Shown one piece after another: positions 38,419 to 51,639 of a stretch of DNA of 64,000 nt. Origin of the DNA: Eledone cirrhosa (Eukaryota). Made by a program: the position numbers and the translations under genes. Positions within the stretch are counted from its first letter, which is position 1. Each line of letters opens with the position of its first letter. The stretch lies in NCBI GenBank assembly GCA_964016885.1, contig OZ024743.1, positions 340,256,001 to 340,320,000 of the forward strand. Direction: 5' to 3'. The notes under the pieces are model-generated. The model saw nothing but the letters and a program-made list of their open reading frames with translations. It did no database searches and had not been told where the DNA came from.

Positions 38419-39679
38419 GCGCTGGTGAGTAAATGTTTTAATTTCATTGGAAACTGCATGAACTGAATCTACATTCTTACACCATTTTGTAGATAAGCTG
38501 CCACCCTACACTTTGTAGGTGGTACCAACCCCAAATAATAAGCCCATCAGGGCGAAAAACGGAGAAATCCCACAAAATTTCTACCGGAATTTTGAATATA
38601 GCCAAAATGGCTAAATTCTTTGACCTCATCTTAACATGTGTCGCCAATTGTGTCACCGCTGTTCACCTTTTTCCCCACATACATGGGGAAAAGAACACAG
38701 AAAATAAAAATCCAAAGTATCACACCAAATATTGACATTTGGTGGGTACTATGTGAATTTTTAAACCACGAAACAGACTATATAATATCGGTAGGTAAGT
38801 CCTCCGGCGACCTGTTCAGCGGAACTAGCCTGTCCAAATGACACCAGAACGAATAGCTTGGATCCCGGAACCTGTGTTTCTGGATGGGCTTATATACATA
38901 AACATTTTGGTCGAGGGTAGGCGGCCCTCATGTTACCACTGCTCAAGCAGGGGTCACCTGAGAGCTTCCTGTCCTCGGCTAACTAGCCCCCAAAAAGGCA
39001 CTACTGCCAACACCTGCAACACCAGCACAACAATCACCACCACCACCACAAAATAGTGACAACAAAACAAACGACAAACACAGTCCCACCGAACCACTCC
39101 CCACCTAAAACAACTCCAGAAACACCCACACACATAACAGCTCCCCAAAATGTACCTGTCCCCAACAACACGGATGAGGCCTCATCATCGTCACCCAGTG
39201 AGGATGAGGGAGAGACTTTCCGACCAGTAAAAAGAAAAAAGAAAAGACATAACACAAACAAAAAGGCAACAAACACACAAACACCAACACAAGCGACGCA
39301 AACAGCACAAACAGAAACACCCCCTCCTGAAAACAAAACAACTACTACAAAACGTAAACACACACAAGAACCACAGACAAAAAGCAACCCAACACAACAA
39401 AAAATGTTACACCTACATAAATACTAACAATAAAACTTTAAAAGACACCATATATAAAAACCCTTCGGTGGAGACCGAAGGGAAAACTTTTACACACTCT
39501 TCGGAGAATCCTAATCTTAAAATGATTAGGACCTCCATGGACACACATAAACAGTTAAAAGAAAAATTTCCTAACGATGTAGGTAACCCCTGCGTCAAAC
39601 CCTACAATCGAGTCCTTCCTGTTAAACTCCCATTTGCATTTGTCCCCTTTCTTTTGTGCCCTTGTGGCTAATAAAGAAA
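38419..39679 (+). mobile_element. Tx1 copy F: internally deleted D-subfamily derivative (5'UTR + part of ORF1 + 3' terminus, no ORF2)
   Basis: Matches D 28933-28992, then 29813-30818, then the last ~60 nt of the D 3'UTR; AATAAAGAAA then TATC. Confidence 0.88.
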
Positions 39680-39703
39680 TTTATCTATCAATCTCGCACT
39701 CAC

Positions 39704-39793
<90 letters not shown>

Positions 39794-39802
<9 letters not shown>

Positions 39803-39879
39803 ATATTAAATAAATGGAAACTATATTTATAAAACCATATTTATAAATATAGTTTCCATTTATTTAATATCATTGTATA
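39794..39879. repeat. Perfect 40-bp inverted repeat with 6-nt loop
   Basis: TATACAATGATATTAAATAAATGGAAACTATATTTATAAA / ACCATA / reverse complement. Confidence 0.9.
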
Positions 39880-40464
39880 CTATACTCCAGAAAACTTGTC
39901 GAGTGCTCTGAATCAGATATAAACATTTATATTTGTTGATTTACCAACAAATTGAATATCCCTTTTACTTATATATATATATATATATTTGTGATATTTT
40001 GCATTCTCGCAATAATACACAACTGAATCATTCGCTTAATAGAGGTGTTACCTCCCTTGCTGAATCCCACGAGGGGTCAGTAATAGCCACACTATCTATA
40101 GCATCTTGGAGCAAAACCCGTTGATAACACGACTTCCTTGTTCATCATCTCACCAGAAGCCCAACATTCTTTATGTAGGCGGACAGTACCTGATTTGGAG
40201 TCGCAGAAACCAATACTGGATTTTACCATCAGTCCAGGGTCCGGGAAAGTATCAACACATATATTTTTATTGTTTGACCCGAATTACTTGGTCGTTTTGT
40301 TTTGGCTGTGCGGATGATATGTTTAACCATCATCTCAGTGTGTTTGGCCCTTAACGTATGTTGTAGCTCTGATTCATATGATTCATCGAGCGCTTGCCAC
40401 ACATATCGGACGTTGATTTTCGTTAATTCCTGAGCTGAAAACGATTCTCGCTAATTTATATTTG

Positions 40465-40538
<74 letters not shown>

Positions 40539-41215
40539 AATAAAGATTCAGCGAGAATCGCATTTCGGCGGGCAGGAAAGGCGAAACGAAACGCAAAAAT
40601 CAGAATATATGAATAAATACTTTAATAATTATAAGGGCATATAATTCTTTAGTCCGACACGATCAATAGAAAGAGGATTAAAAACGAAAATAACTACCAA
40701 GTTTGAAGCAACGATATAATAGTGATACAGGCACTGCTGAAACGGAGACGAAAATAAAATCAAGTTGCATATTGTAATAAATACACAATATATTCTATAT
40801 TTTCTTCGGACTTGACCGAGTTTCTTGTAGTCAGATCATCATAGAAATATATAAACACGTAATATTGCTTCCATCGGATTTACACACCCCCACACAAACA
40901 TATGTGCATTTATGAAACTAAAAAATATGCAAGCATATGTATGCATGTTTGTATGTATATATGTGTTATATACGTATGTATACGCATATTAGTGTTTACG
41001 TGTATATATGCACATACAGACACACGCACACGCACACACACACACACACACTCACAAAGACATATATGTATATACATGCATTTATAAATATACATGTACA
41101 TTCATACCTGTTAAACGAACAAACAAACATATCAAGAATATCATATAAAATATAAACTAATGGGAAATGGAAAATAAAATCTATTAAGCGGAAGGAGAGG
41201 GCGAAACCATCTTTA

Positions 41216-41312
<97 letters not shown>

Positions 41313-41322
41313 ATACAATAAT

Positions 41323-41358
<36 letters not shown>

Positions 41359-41599
41359 GCATATATGTTTTATTCTAGATATTATTCCAGAAAATATCAA
41401 TGTCAGTAGAAAAGATATGTATAAAATATCAGAGATGTGTCACATAATATATATCATACGTAAAAATTGAATATAATGAAATGGGAAAAACATATTAAAA
41501 CTGAATAGATTTTTAATATATAAATATAAGAAAAATGAAGACGAAATATCCACAGGGATAATTCTTTTTTGACTTTGGTTTTTAGTATATTATTTTTGT

Positions 41600-41724
<125 letters not shown>

Positions 41725-41838
41725 GTAGATATGGATATGCATGTATATATATAATATGGATATATAGTCAAACGGATTCAGTTTTCAAAATCTTTATGAA
41801 AGCAATATGAAGTAAAAAGATTAAAAAATATTTAGAAA

Positions 41839-41928
<90 letters not shown>

Positions 41929-41932
41929 GAGT

Positions 41933-41963
<31 letters not shown>

Positions 41964-42414
41964 AGAGAGAGAGAAAGGGAAAAAAGATTGGGAGTGGCGT
42001 AAAGAGAGACATTCAATAAAAAGTGTAATAAAAATTGTTTTATATAGAAGTCATTTGGACAACGTAAGTGGAAACATAATTTGCAAGTAAAAATCGAGAT
42101 TTATTTGTTATTTTGTGAAATATAATCATTCTGAGTATGAATACATATTTTGGAACATATACAATGGACATGGATGATTTATAACGTTCCACTCCCTTCA
42201 CATACACAGACAGCGCACACATACGCGAACACATACATATCTGTTACAAGGGTGAAAATATTTATGTATATTTATTCAAATGTAAGCTGAAGTCGATTTT
42301 ATAATTATCTAAATCATGGTTTCGTTCAATTTTGGTAAGCGAATGGAGGAGAAACGGCCAATAACAGATTAAATTGCAGTCACTGTGATTTGTAACTCTT
42401 TCAAATCAATTAGT

Positions 42415-42513
42415 TTTATCACAGGGCTACTTTGGAAATTTATCACAGGCCTACTTTGGAAATTTATCACAGGCCTACTTTGGAAATTTATCACATGTCT
42501 ACTTTGGAAATTT
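42415..42513. repeat. 24-bp minisatellite, 4 copies
   Basis: TTTATCACAGGCCTACTTTGGAAA repeated four times with minor variation. Confidence 0.9.
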
Positions 42514-43206
42514 GCGTAAAAGAATTTGGCCATGTATCTGTATGTCAGAATAATTGTTATTAGATAAGACGCGGACCCATTTATGAAACGCATCGTGGCC
42601 TGTAATTGAAAGTCAACAATTTGTGAAGTCTGGAGGGTGGTCATACACGAATGAAAAGACGAGTCATATGCCAAAGCCACTGTATCACCCCCAAACTGTT
42701 ATGGTTAGAGTTTGGTGGTCTTTTAAAGCAATTGCGCATTTATCATTATTTGGAATTTGTCGAAACAATAAGAATTCAATGATATTAACAACAGATTATT
42801 AAATGACAATCGCAATCATCCTTCAAATACCCCCCACTTAAGGCAGGAGACAGAAACCAATATTCTTCTTCGACAATGCCAGGAACCACTTATTTAAATG
42901 GAGAGTTTTTAACCTTAGATAATAGAAATATGAAGTATTGCAGCATCCTTCATATTTATCTGAGATTTCGCTTTCAGGTTTTCTTTTCAGAATTTTTAAT
43001 CAGGATTCAATAATCAATTATAGCGAAGCCATAATTAGTGCATTTCCTGAAGTTGGAACCGCTAAATGTAATGAGCTTTATAGAGATGGCATATTATCAC
43101 GAGAGGATTGTTAGAAAAAGAGTATTGCTTCAAAGTATCTACCTATTACATTTTGATATTAAAAATGTGACATTTCAAATATATATACATACACACGGAA
43201 ACACAC

Positions 43207-43305
<99 letters not shown>

Positions 43306-44039
43306 ACTTTGATACTTTGATAGGTTTCGGCGAGTATTGACCCAGGCCATGTCAAACTTAATAACACCACTTGGCATACATACATAAACACACACACACA
43401 CACACACACATACACACGCTCTACCGATACTGCCAACCCACCGCTCTTCAATAATTAATATGACACCGTAATATCTATACATCTTGTACACAGGAGATGT
43501 TCCTCTCCTTAATTTAATGTACATTTATGCTTTTTGATGTTTCTGAAGATGTAATCGGATAAAAAATTAATGAATGTAAGGAAATTTTCCTTTCTTTTAT
43601 AATATAATTTTTTTTTCGTTTTACCTTTTTTTAAAAAATATGATTACCTGTATATCGATTTACTTCCATATACTGGTATCGTATTAAATGATAAAAGAAT
43701 TCAATGCTCCCTATCTATAGATTTTTCTTCGATTGTTGAAACGTATGTAATGTTAATTACATATAAATTCTCCCTATATCCTTGGCTTAATTATTACTTA
43801 TTAGAAACAAATATTATTTAATTTAATAATTAGATAATATTTTTTTCTCATCATGTCTCATCGGGTATAAGTAACACATTACTTATACCTGCTCCGTGAA
43901 TTATTGGAATCTGAAAATATCCATGGATTAACACCTGGAATATTGTCTCGATGGATTCGATTATACATGTTGAGTGATCTATCTGGAAAGTTGCCACTTC
44001 ATTAATAGTTTCATAATCATTCTTCAGGTTATATATATA

Positions 44040-44150
44040 TGGCTGAGTGGTTAGAGAATTGGATACACAATCTTGAGGTTGTGAGTTCGATTCCTGGACC
44101 GGGCGATGCGTTATGTCCTTGAACAAGACACTTTATTTCACGTTGTTCCT
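44040..44150 (+). mobile_element. tRNA-derived CORE-like SINE (family 2), partial
   Basis: TGGCTGAGTGGTTAG (A box), GAGTTCGATTCC (B box), TGTCCTTGAACAAGACACTTTA. Confidence 0.7.
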
Positions 44151-45020
44151 TCTACCTGGAGTTGCGACCGATAGATAGTATTAGCAACTGGAAAGACCAA
44201 CGCAAACATTGTTTCCTCGGTCCGATTTGACGAAAGTCGATCGATCCTTTTTTTAAAATATATACATATAACTTTGATAACTTTGATAGGCTTCGACCAG
44301 TATTGGCCCAGGCCATGTCTAACTTAATAACATATATATATAAAAGGATGCAAGACAAACCACAAACCCTCCATCTCAATTCACGTTTGAAAAGCATAAG
44401 AACTGTGAAACCGGTAAAATAAATAAATAGATGTTCTTTAAAAGACTCCAGTTGCATTTTCGATTTCTTTCCCTTATACTTTTACCCGTGTAGGACATCT
44501 AATTTTTTTTTAATAAAAAAAACAACTAATTTTCTTATATATGTGTATGTATATAATATATATATATACGTATATATATATATATACATTAAAAATAACA
44601 GAAGGCCGGACTGGAAATTGACTTTCGAATTTTAATCCTGAAAAACACTGGATATATTTCGATGACCCAGCTTTATCATCCGATCATGATACAAGACTTA
44701 GGTGATATCATCAGGTGTTAATTGCAGAATTAGTTCCATTAGGCAATATGATTATGTCGAACACAAACTTATATATATATATATAGGAAAAGTGTCAGGA
44801 CCCCGACGGCTGAGCTCCGGCCCTTTCGACAGCTAGATCTACTCTACTCCCCTAAGTATCGAGTACACTGGTGTGTTATGGTCCACCTAGTTCCGTACAA
44901 CACTTTCTTTGTTATATATATATGGATATATATATTTGTTTTGCGAGGTTTTTGATATGAAATCGTGCGTCGAAACAAATATTGTTATACTTGGGGTTGT
45001 TTTAATAATATTGCCAGAAA

Positions 45021-45136
45021 TATACATTTTCATACTCAACTTATCTTTATATACTCACGTATAGACACACACATATATACATACATACTCTAGTCCATGT
45101 GTACACACATACACATACATACACATCCATATACAC

Positions 45137-45174
<38 letters not shown>

Positions 45175-45181
45175 ATATATA

Positions 45182-45227
<46 letters not shown>

Positions 45228-45832
45228 TACACATACATACATACACACACATATACATATATATATATATATAAGCACTTTAATACATGAATACACTTAC
45301 ATCTAACTATACACATCAAACATATATATATATTTACTTATTTATATACATTTTCACATATATATACATACTTATGGACGTTTTTAGACACATTCATTAT
45401 CGCATATTTGTACCTATTCTCATCAGCATATCTTTTCATTATTAGTATGGTAATTTAAGGTTATTAATATATGTTGAGAAGAGATTGTTTTTATATTTTT
45501 CTAACTAGATTAAGGTTTATATAGTTGGGGGATGTCCCTCTTTTATGTAATATTCGGCTTGTAGTGGGAAAAAAGGGTTTTAGTTCTGTGACGGCAGAAT
45601 AATGTTCGTTCAATTCTGTTATTAAAAGATATGCTGATGAGAATAGGTACAAATATGCGATAATGAATGTGTCTAAAAACGTCCATAAGTATGTATATAT
45701 ATGTGAAAATGTATATAAATAAGTAAATATATATATATGTTTGATGTGTATAGTTAGATGTAAGTGTATTCATGTATTAAAGTGCTTATATATATATATA
45801 TATGTATATGTGTGTGTATGTATGTATGTGTA

Positions 45833-45886
<54 letters not shown>

Positions 45887-45893
45887 TATATAT

Positions 45894-45931
<38 letters not shown>

Positions 45932-46047
45932 GTGTATATGGATGTGTATGTATGTGTATGTGTGTACACATGGACTAGAGTATGTATGTATATATGTGTG
46001 TGTCTATACGTGAGTATATAAAGATAAGTTGAGTATGAAAATGTATA
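45021..46047. repeat. Long inverted repeat: arms 45021-45436 and 45624-46047, 187-bp spacer
   Basis: Arms are reverse complements, including the unique (non-microsatellite) sequence; differences seen are in (TA)n length. Confidence 0.92.
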
Positions 46048-46745
46048 CACATGAGCGCGTATGTATGTACATAAATACATGTGTGTATATATGTGTATGC
46101 ATGTGTATATATATGTAAGTATGAATATGTGAATTGTGTGTATATGTATTTTGTAGAGGTGTGCAAATATATTTGTGTGTGAATGCGTGGGTGAAAGGAT
46201 ACGTACACTTGAAAGAAAAATTTAAGTCTGAATGTTAATTAAGTGCAAACACAAAACCAACCACGCATATCTTCACTATCTCTAATCCTTCTATAGATTT
46301 AAAAAAATAACCAATAATATATTCTATAAAAAATGTCAAAACAACAGATGGGAATCTAATTACTCACTGCCACCAAGAATTCTCACTGCTATCGAAAAAC
46401 CACTCCTTCAACTATTCTTCTAACAACTTCACCCCTCCCTCCTAATATTCTCTATAAAAACTAAATAGGTCCTCAGTAATATTATTCTGATGAAATGACA
46501 GTAAATAATAACATTGAAATATTGAATGTCTGCATAACTAAAAGTTTGTAGATAGCTGTTTTAGGTTATGTAACTGTTATAGAAACACGTGTCAATAAAT
46601 TCCTTTCAACTAAACTGTATCCATTCAAATCTTTCTATTTTTCTCCGGATTACTTTTGGAACTACAACTGGAACCGTCGAGCAAACTCTACGTGAGCTGA
46701 TAATCTACTGTGTGTAATATTTATATTACAACACAACGGAAAATA

Positions 46746-46813
<68 letters not shown>

Positions 46814-47254
46814 CGAAGGAAATGTGGTAAGGAACCAGATGGACCATAACAGAAATAGCCGTCGAAACGGCTTGAGCTCTGCCGTCGGGGTCATACATTT
46901 TCCTATATATATATATAATTATATACTCATGTAAAAATGTTTATTTCAACCATTCTTTTAAGACAATAACATTCGTTTGGAACAGTATATAATTGAATAG
47001 TCTCGGACTAAAGAAATCATAAGATTATGTTTTAAAAAAATGCTCCATTATAAATGAACTCGAGAACAGTATTTTCAATCACAAGTGTGCGTGCATACAT
47101 AGACACGCTTATTTATATAGACACACACAGACACGCTTATGCACACAGATACACACTCACACGCACCCTTACAATCTCCTTTTACTCCCTTAATCTCGCA
47201 GACATGACTAGTCTTAAACAACGTAACACAGTGAGTATCAAGGATGACCATTTG

Positions 47255-47391
47255 AATTAGATACATTTTTGCCAGCTGAGTGAACTGGAGCAACTGAAAA
47301 TAAAGTGTGTTATCCAAGAACATATCGCACAGCCAGGAATCGAACTCACGACATTACGATCGTGAGCTAAAGATCCTAATCACTTAGCCAC
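47255..47391 (-). mobile_element. tRNA-derived CORE-like SINE (family 2)
   Basis: Minus strand: GTGGCTAAGTGATTAG, GAGTTCGATTCC, TGCTCCAGTTCACTCAGCTGG. Confidence 0.7.
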
Positions 47392-49124
47392 TCATTTCAC
47401 AAACACCCCACCCCCACAAAGAGTATTCACGTTCCTGTTTAGAAATGCAAATGAAAAAGAAAGTACTCAATTCATATAGTAGAGTTGAGTCTATTTGTGC
47501 AAACCTAATGATTCGTTCCATAGCAACACGAAGTTTCACGCATGAATAGTAGAAAACAATATGTAGGATAGTTCGTGGTTGTCATTGGTTACTATGGCTC
47601 AAATTGTGGGTACAAATGCCTTCTCTTGGTATTGAAGACAGGGGAAGCTTATTTATAAGGCTCATTCATTTCAATTTTGTTTGTCAATGAATTGCGGAGA
47701 AATGTCTTTTGTGAAATAGTGTTTGTGACTGTAAATGACCCCTCGTAATTGAAAGCGATTCTGGAATAGAAAGAAAATCATTATTCCGTAATGGAGAATT
47801 TTTGGAAAATTCTTTAGCCGGTCTGCAATCTCAAATATTTTAAAAACAATATCACTGTTTCAACAGATTATCTGCTGTTCAGTGATCATTGTTTAGGGAT
47901 TAAGTTAAAATATTTCTAAAAAAACAACAACAATATTTTGTTCAATTGGAGGCACTATTTTACGAGAGCAAGTCCGCTTGACTGCCGAAACAAATGAATA
48001 ATGATACCTTCGTCTTTCACTGAAGCTCATCACCTGAGGCATAACGGCTATGAAAGCCACTAATCAGTAAACACTTTATTCGCCATCTTGCTTCCCATGA
48101 ATATTGCTACGAAGCCTAAACGAGCTAAACACTTGAAACACTGATTAACTAGAGAATGAATCATCGACTACACCCCCTCACATACACATGTCATACATAC
48201 TGTCATCCACATGCACATACACACTTACATACACACACATACATATTCCACATATCAATTTATAATATGCAGGTTCATCAAAACAAGAAGAACTTCAACC
48301 CAAATTAATTCAACGCTTTAAAGCTGAGCAGATAGAAATTGTGTGGGATTAGATCGTATTTTTTGTAAAGATACAGAGATAAAAAATGTTTCACTAAACA
48401 TTGAACGCAATATATGTAGTATCATTTTCTTGAAACCCGGATATTGTAAAACGTTAGCAGAAGGAGTTCTTATTTACAAAAATATAGCATGAGTTATGGC
48501 AAAAAAGTAAAAGAAAAAAATAAATAAAAGAAAACCAATACTAAGCTATCTTATTTATCCAGAATAGTGCCTGCCACCTTAATCTTGTAACAAAATGGTT
48601 GATTTTTCGCATGATGCACTGCAGGAAGTTTTCTTTGTTAGAATAGTTTTATTCTCCGGGTAACTATCGGTTATTAGAAGATTTTAGGATTGTGATTGTC
48701 AAAGGCTCAACAATATGGCTGGAAGATAAATACACCAGAGGAGCGCTCTGTTTACTAAATATATATACAGTACAATGGAGCTTTGTGCTTTCTAAAGATA
48801 CACACAGTGAGTAGAAAAACCTCGTTTAAGTGAGATCATTCATGTAATTAACAAACAGGTATGTTTAATATCTAAAAGAAAAACACATAAGAGAGAACAA
48901 GTAAAATCCCATAACAACCACAATCTCAAATTGTTGAAACAACAAATAGTCATGCTTATCAAGAATATACGTATTCCAACAATGGAAACTTATCTGAAGT
49001 GTATGATACAAAAAACAACAACAAAAAAACAACAAAAAAAAACAACAAAAAAAAACAAAAAAAACAAACAAAAAAAAAACAAAAAAAAACACAAAATCCT
49101 TTGCGGTACTTAATTACGACTCGC

Positions 49125-49545
49125 TACATTCTAAATTCAAATCCCGCCGAGGTTAACGTTGACTTTCAATCTTCTGGGATCGATAAAATAAAATAAAAGT
49201 TAAATACCGAGGGTCGATATAATTGACTTTCCTACTCCAAAATTGCTGGCTATACCGATGTTAGAAACAGTTATTTCTTTCTCCTTCGTAGTTCATGATA
49301 TACATATAATTAATAATTGTTTCTACTTTTGGCACAAGGCCAGCAATTACCCAGTACATTACTGGTACTTTATATGTGTGTGTGTATAATAATGGTTTCT
49401 GACATAGGCACAGGCCAGCAATTTTGTGGGAGGGGAAAGTCGACCCCAGCGCGTGGCTGGTACTTTATTTTATCGACCCCCGTAAGGATGAAAGGTAAAT
49501 CTAACTTCGGCGGGATTTGAACTTAGAATGTAAAGGGTCGTAAGA
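49125..49545. mobile_element. Cluster of three partial family-1 SINEs (+ 49125-49275; - 49315-49370; - 49390-49545)
   Basis: TTCAAATCCCGCCGAGGTTAAC, GGCACAAGGCCAGCAATT and TACTTTATTTTATCGACCCC motifs. Confidence 0.75.
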
Positions 49546-51085
49546 GTTGTTTACTGACACTAGTGCAACAATCACGTCTTTTGTTTATAGTTATGAAAAG
49601 CACCTCAGTTTGGCCAGTCTTCTAGTTTGATGTTGGTTGGTCACGTTAGTGTTGAAATAATAGTAACACAACTGACTGATGTGCTTAACGATTTAAACGA
49701 ATAGGTAAATCAATGGTGTCTGCATTCACTTTACGATTTCATTCTAGATACGTATCTGTTAAAAGTAATTGAGTTTATTCTTTTTACCATGTCTATAAAA
49801 AGAAAGTGAACACCATTAAAAATCCAACAGAAAAGCACGATTTTAGAGCGTTTGCGTTGTGATGAAATAGCATAAAATAGAGCACAAGAGTACATTTTAT
49901 TGAATGATTGGCATAAATTCTGAGTAAGCATGCATTTGTATGTAATTATGCTCAGAATGACTTCTTTTGCTTACAAACAGAATAGTTATCCGAACAAAAT
50001 ACCCCAGCCCGTTTCGTTCGGATTATCAAATATTAACCGATTCTAAAATGTATGTGTATATAATATATATGGTATAGCAGGGAACAATATGGAACATGTT
50101 GAAACAAATAAATAATCAAGTATATAATACATAAACACAAGTGCAACATGTTTATTCAAATACATAATAGATAAAACATATGTACAATATTTGGAAAAAA
50201 GGAATTCACCCATATAAAATTATAAATTGGGGTGGGTTAATTCAACATTCGTCCATTTTCAACTTAAGTCTTGAATTCTGGAATCAATTACCGACGTAAG
50301 GTGAAGTATACCTTATAAGTTTATATAATGTCAATATCGGACGTACGTTATCTAGGATTTAAAGAAACATTATTTCAAAGAGAGTGAAACGATTTAAAGA
50401 AACGTTATTTCAATAGTGGACATACCGTTATCTAACGTTCATTTGAAAATCGAGTGAAGTGACTTGAATCTCAGGATCACTTGGCTCCGACTAACTTTAC
50501 CTGAAATGGGATCCAGGTTTATGGCCCCCTCTTCATGACTTTGAAACGCTAGGTTAGTTTTCGGTCTGTGTTGTGAAAGGGAGAAGAGATGGAACATGAG
50601 GCTAGCAACCTTGCCCCCATTGATAACATTTGCCCTAAAACAATGAGCAGATATATGATTTGAGAACAAGTTTTTGACCAGACTTGCAACCGTGCTGAAT
50701 GGAGATCTCTCGTCGCCCAATGCTCCACAGGGAGCAAAAGGAACTCAGGAAGAAGTGTCAAATCGAAGGAGTTGTTGAAGATTGTGTTAAAATAAAGCAA
50801 AATAAAATAAAGTAAAGTAAATACAATTTAATATACTGATAGTTTAAGGAAAATGATTGTCTACAGATTGATTAATTGAATAAATATATTAAATGGTGTA
50901 CCAATAATTGAGTTCAAGGTCTGGGTACATTAGATACTATCAAGTTGTCTTTTGAAAGTGCTAATTAAGTGACGTAAAATTAATTTTGACGAAAACTTAA
51001 ACTGATTGATTTGTTAGAAATGTATCTTTTGATTTTCAAGGAATGAGTTCTTAGATTTAATTGACTGTAAACAAATAAACAAACG

Positions 51086-51148
<63 letters not shown>

Positions 51149-51273
51149 ACGCACACAAATCCATACATATATACATACACACATAAATAAATACACTCCC
51201 ACATATATATGTGTATATATATATGTATGCACAGACACACTTGTTTGTTTGTATATATATCTATTTATCTATC

Positions 51274-51347
<74 letters not shown>

Positions 51348-51639
51348 ACTTCAGAAAGCACTAATATTGTTATGCCATTTCAAAATTTTATGTGTAATGT
51401 ATAAGACGTTTTCCTAAAAATATCCAAATATATGTTTTAAAATACTCGTTGCTTCATTTTAAGAACAATCACTGAGAATATTACTTTCAATTTCATCAAA
51501 ATGAAACTTTCCTCCACATATCATCCATATTCCAATACGTATTTCAACACATCCTTTATTCTCATTTTCTACACATTTATTCTCATTTTCTTATCCACCC
51601 GAATAAATATCTTGTAACTGATCTCCCTGAATCTCAGAG

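Noticed and set aside
38466-38585. AATTTCTAC / TGTAGAT resemblance to a Cas12a direct repeat
   Set aside because: The halves are separated and in the wrong order; both lie in a LINE 5'UTR and TGTAG is the acceptor-like site.
39605-39630. Copy F (no ORF2) as a retrotransposed spliced product
   Set aside because: The breakpoints lie about 155 nt upstream of the donor and about 110 nt downstream of the acceptor, at a microhomology, so it gives no support to the splicing model.
42415-42513. CRISPR-like array
   Set aside because: The 24-bp units are contiguous with no spacers; eukaryotic context and no cas genes.
47640-48100. Possible Helitron helicase relic (minus strand)
   Set aside because: Only a vague FRQ / KEFSK resemblance across stops and frameshifts; insufficient without an HMM search.
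50439-50800. Unique-looking ORFs as a host exon or transposase
   Set aside because: No recognisable motif or clear splice boundaries; needs BLASTX.
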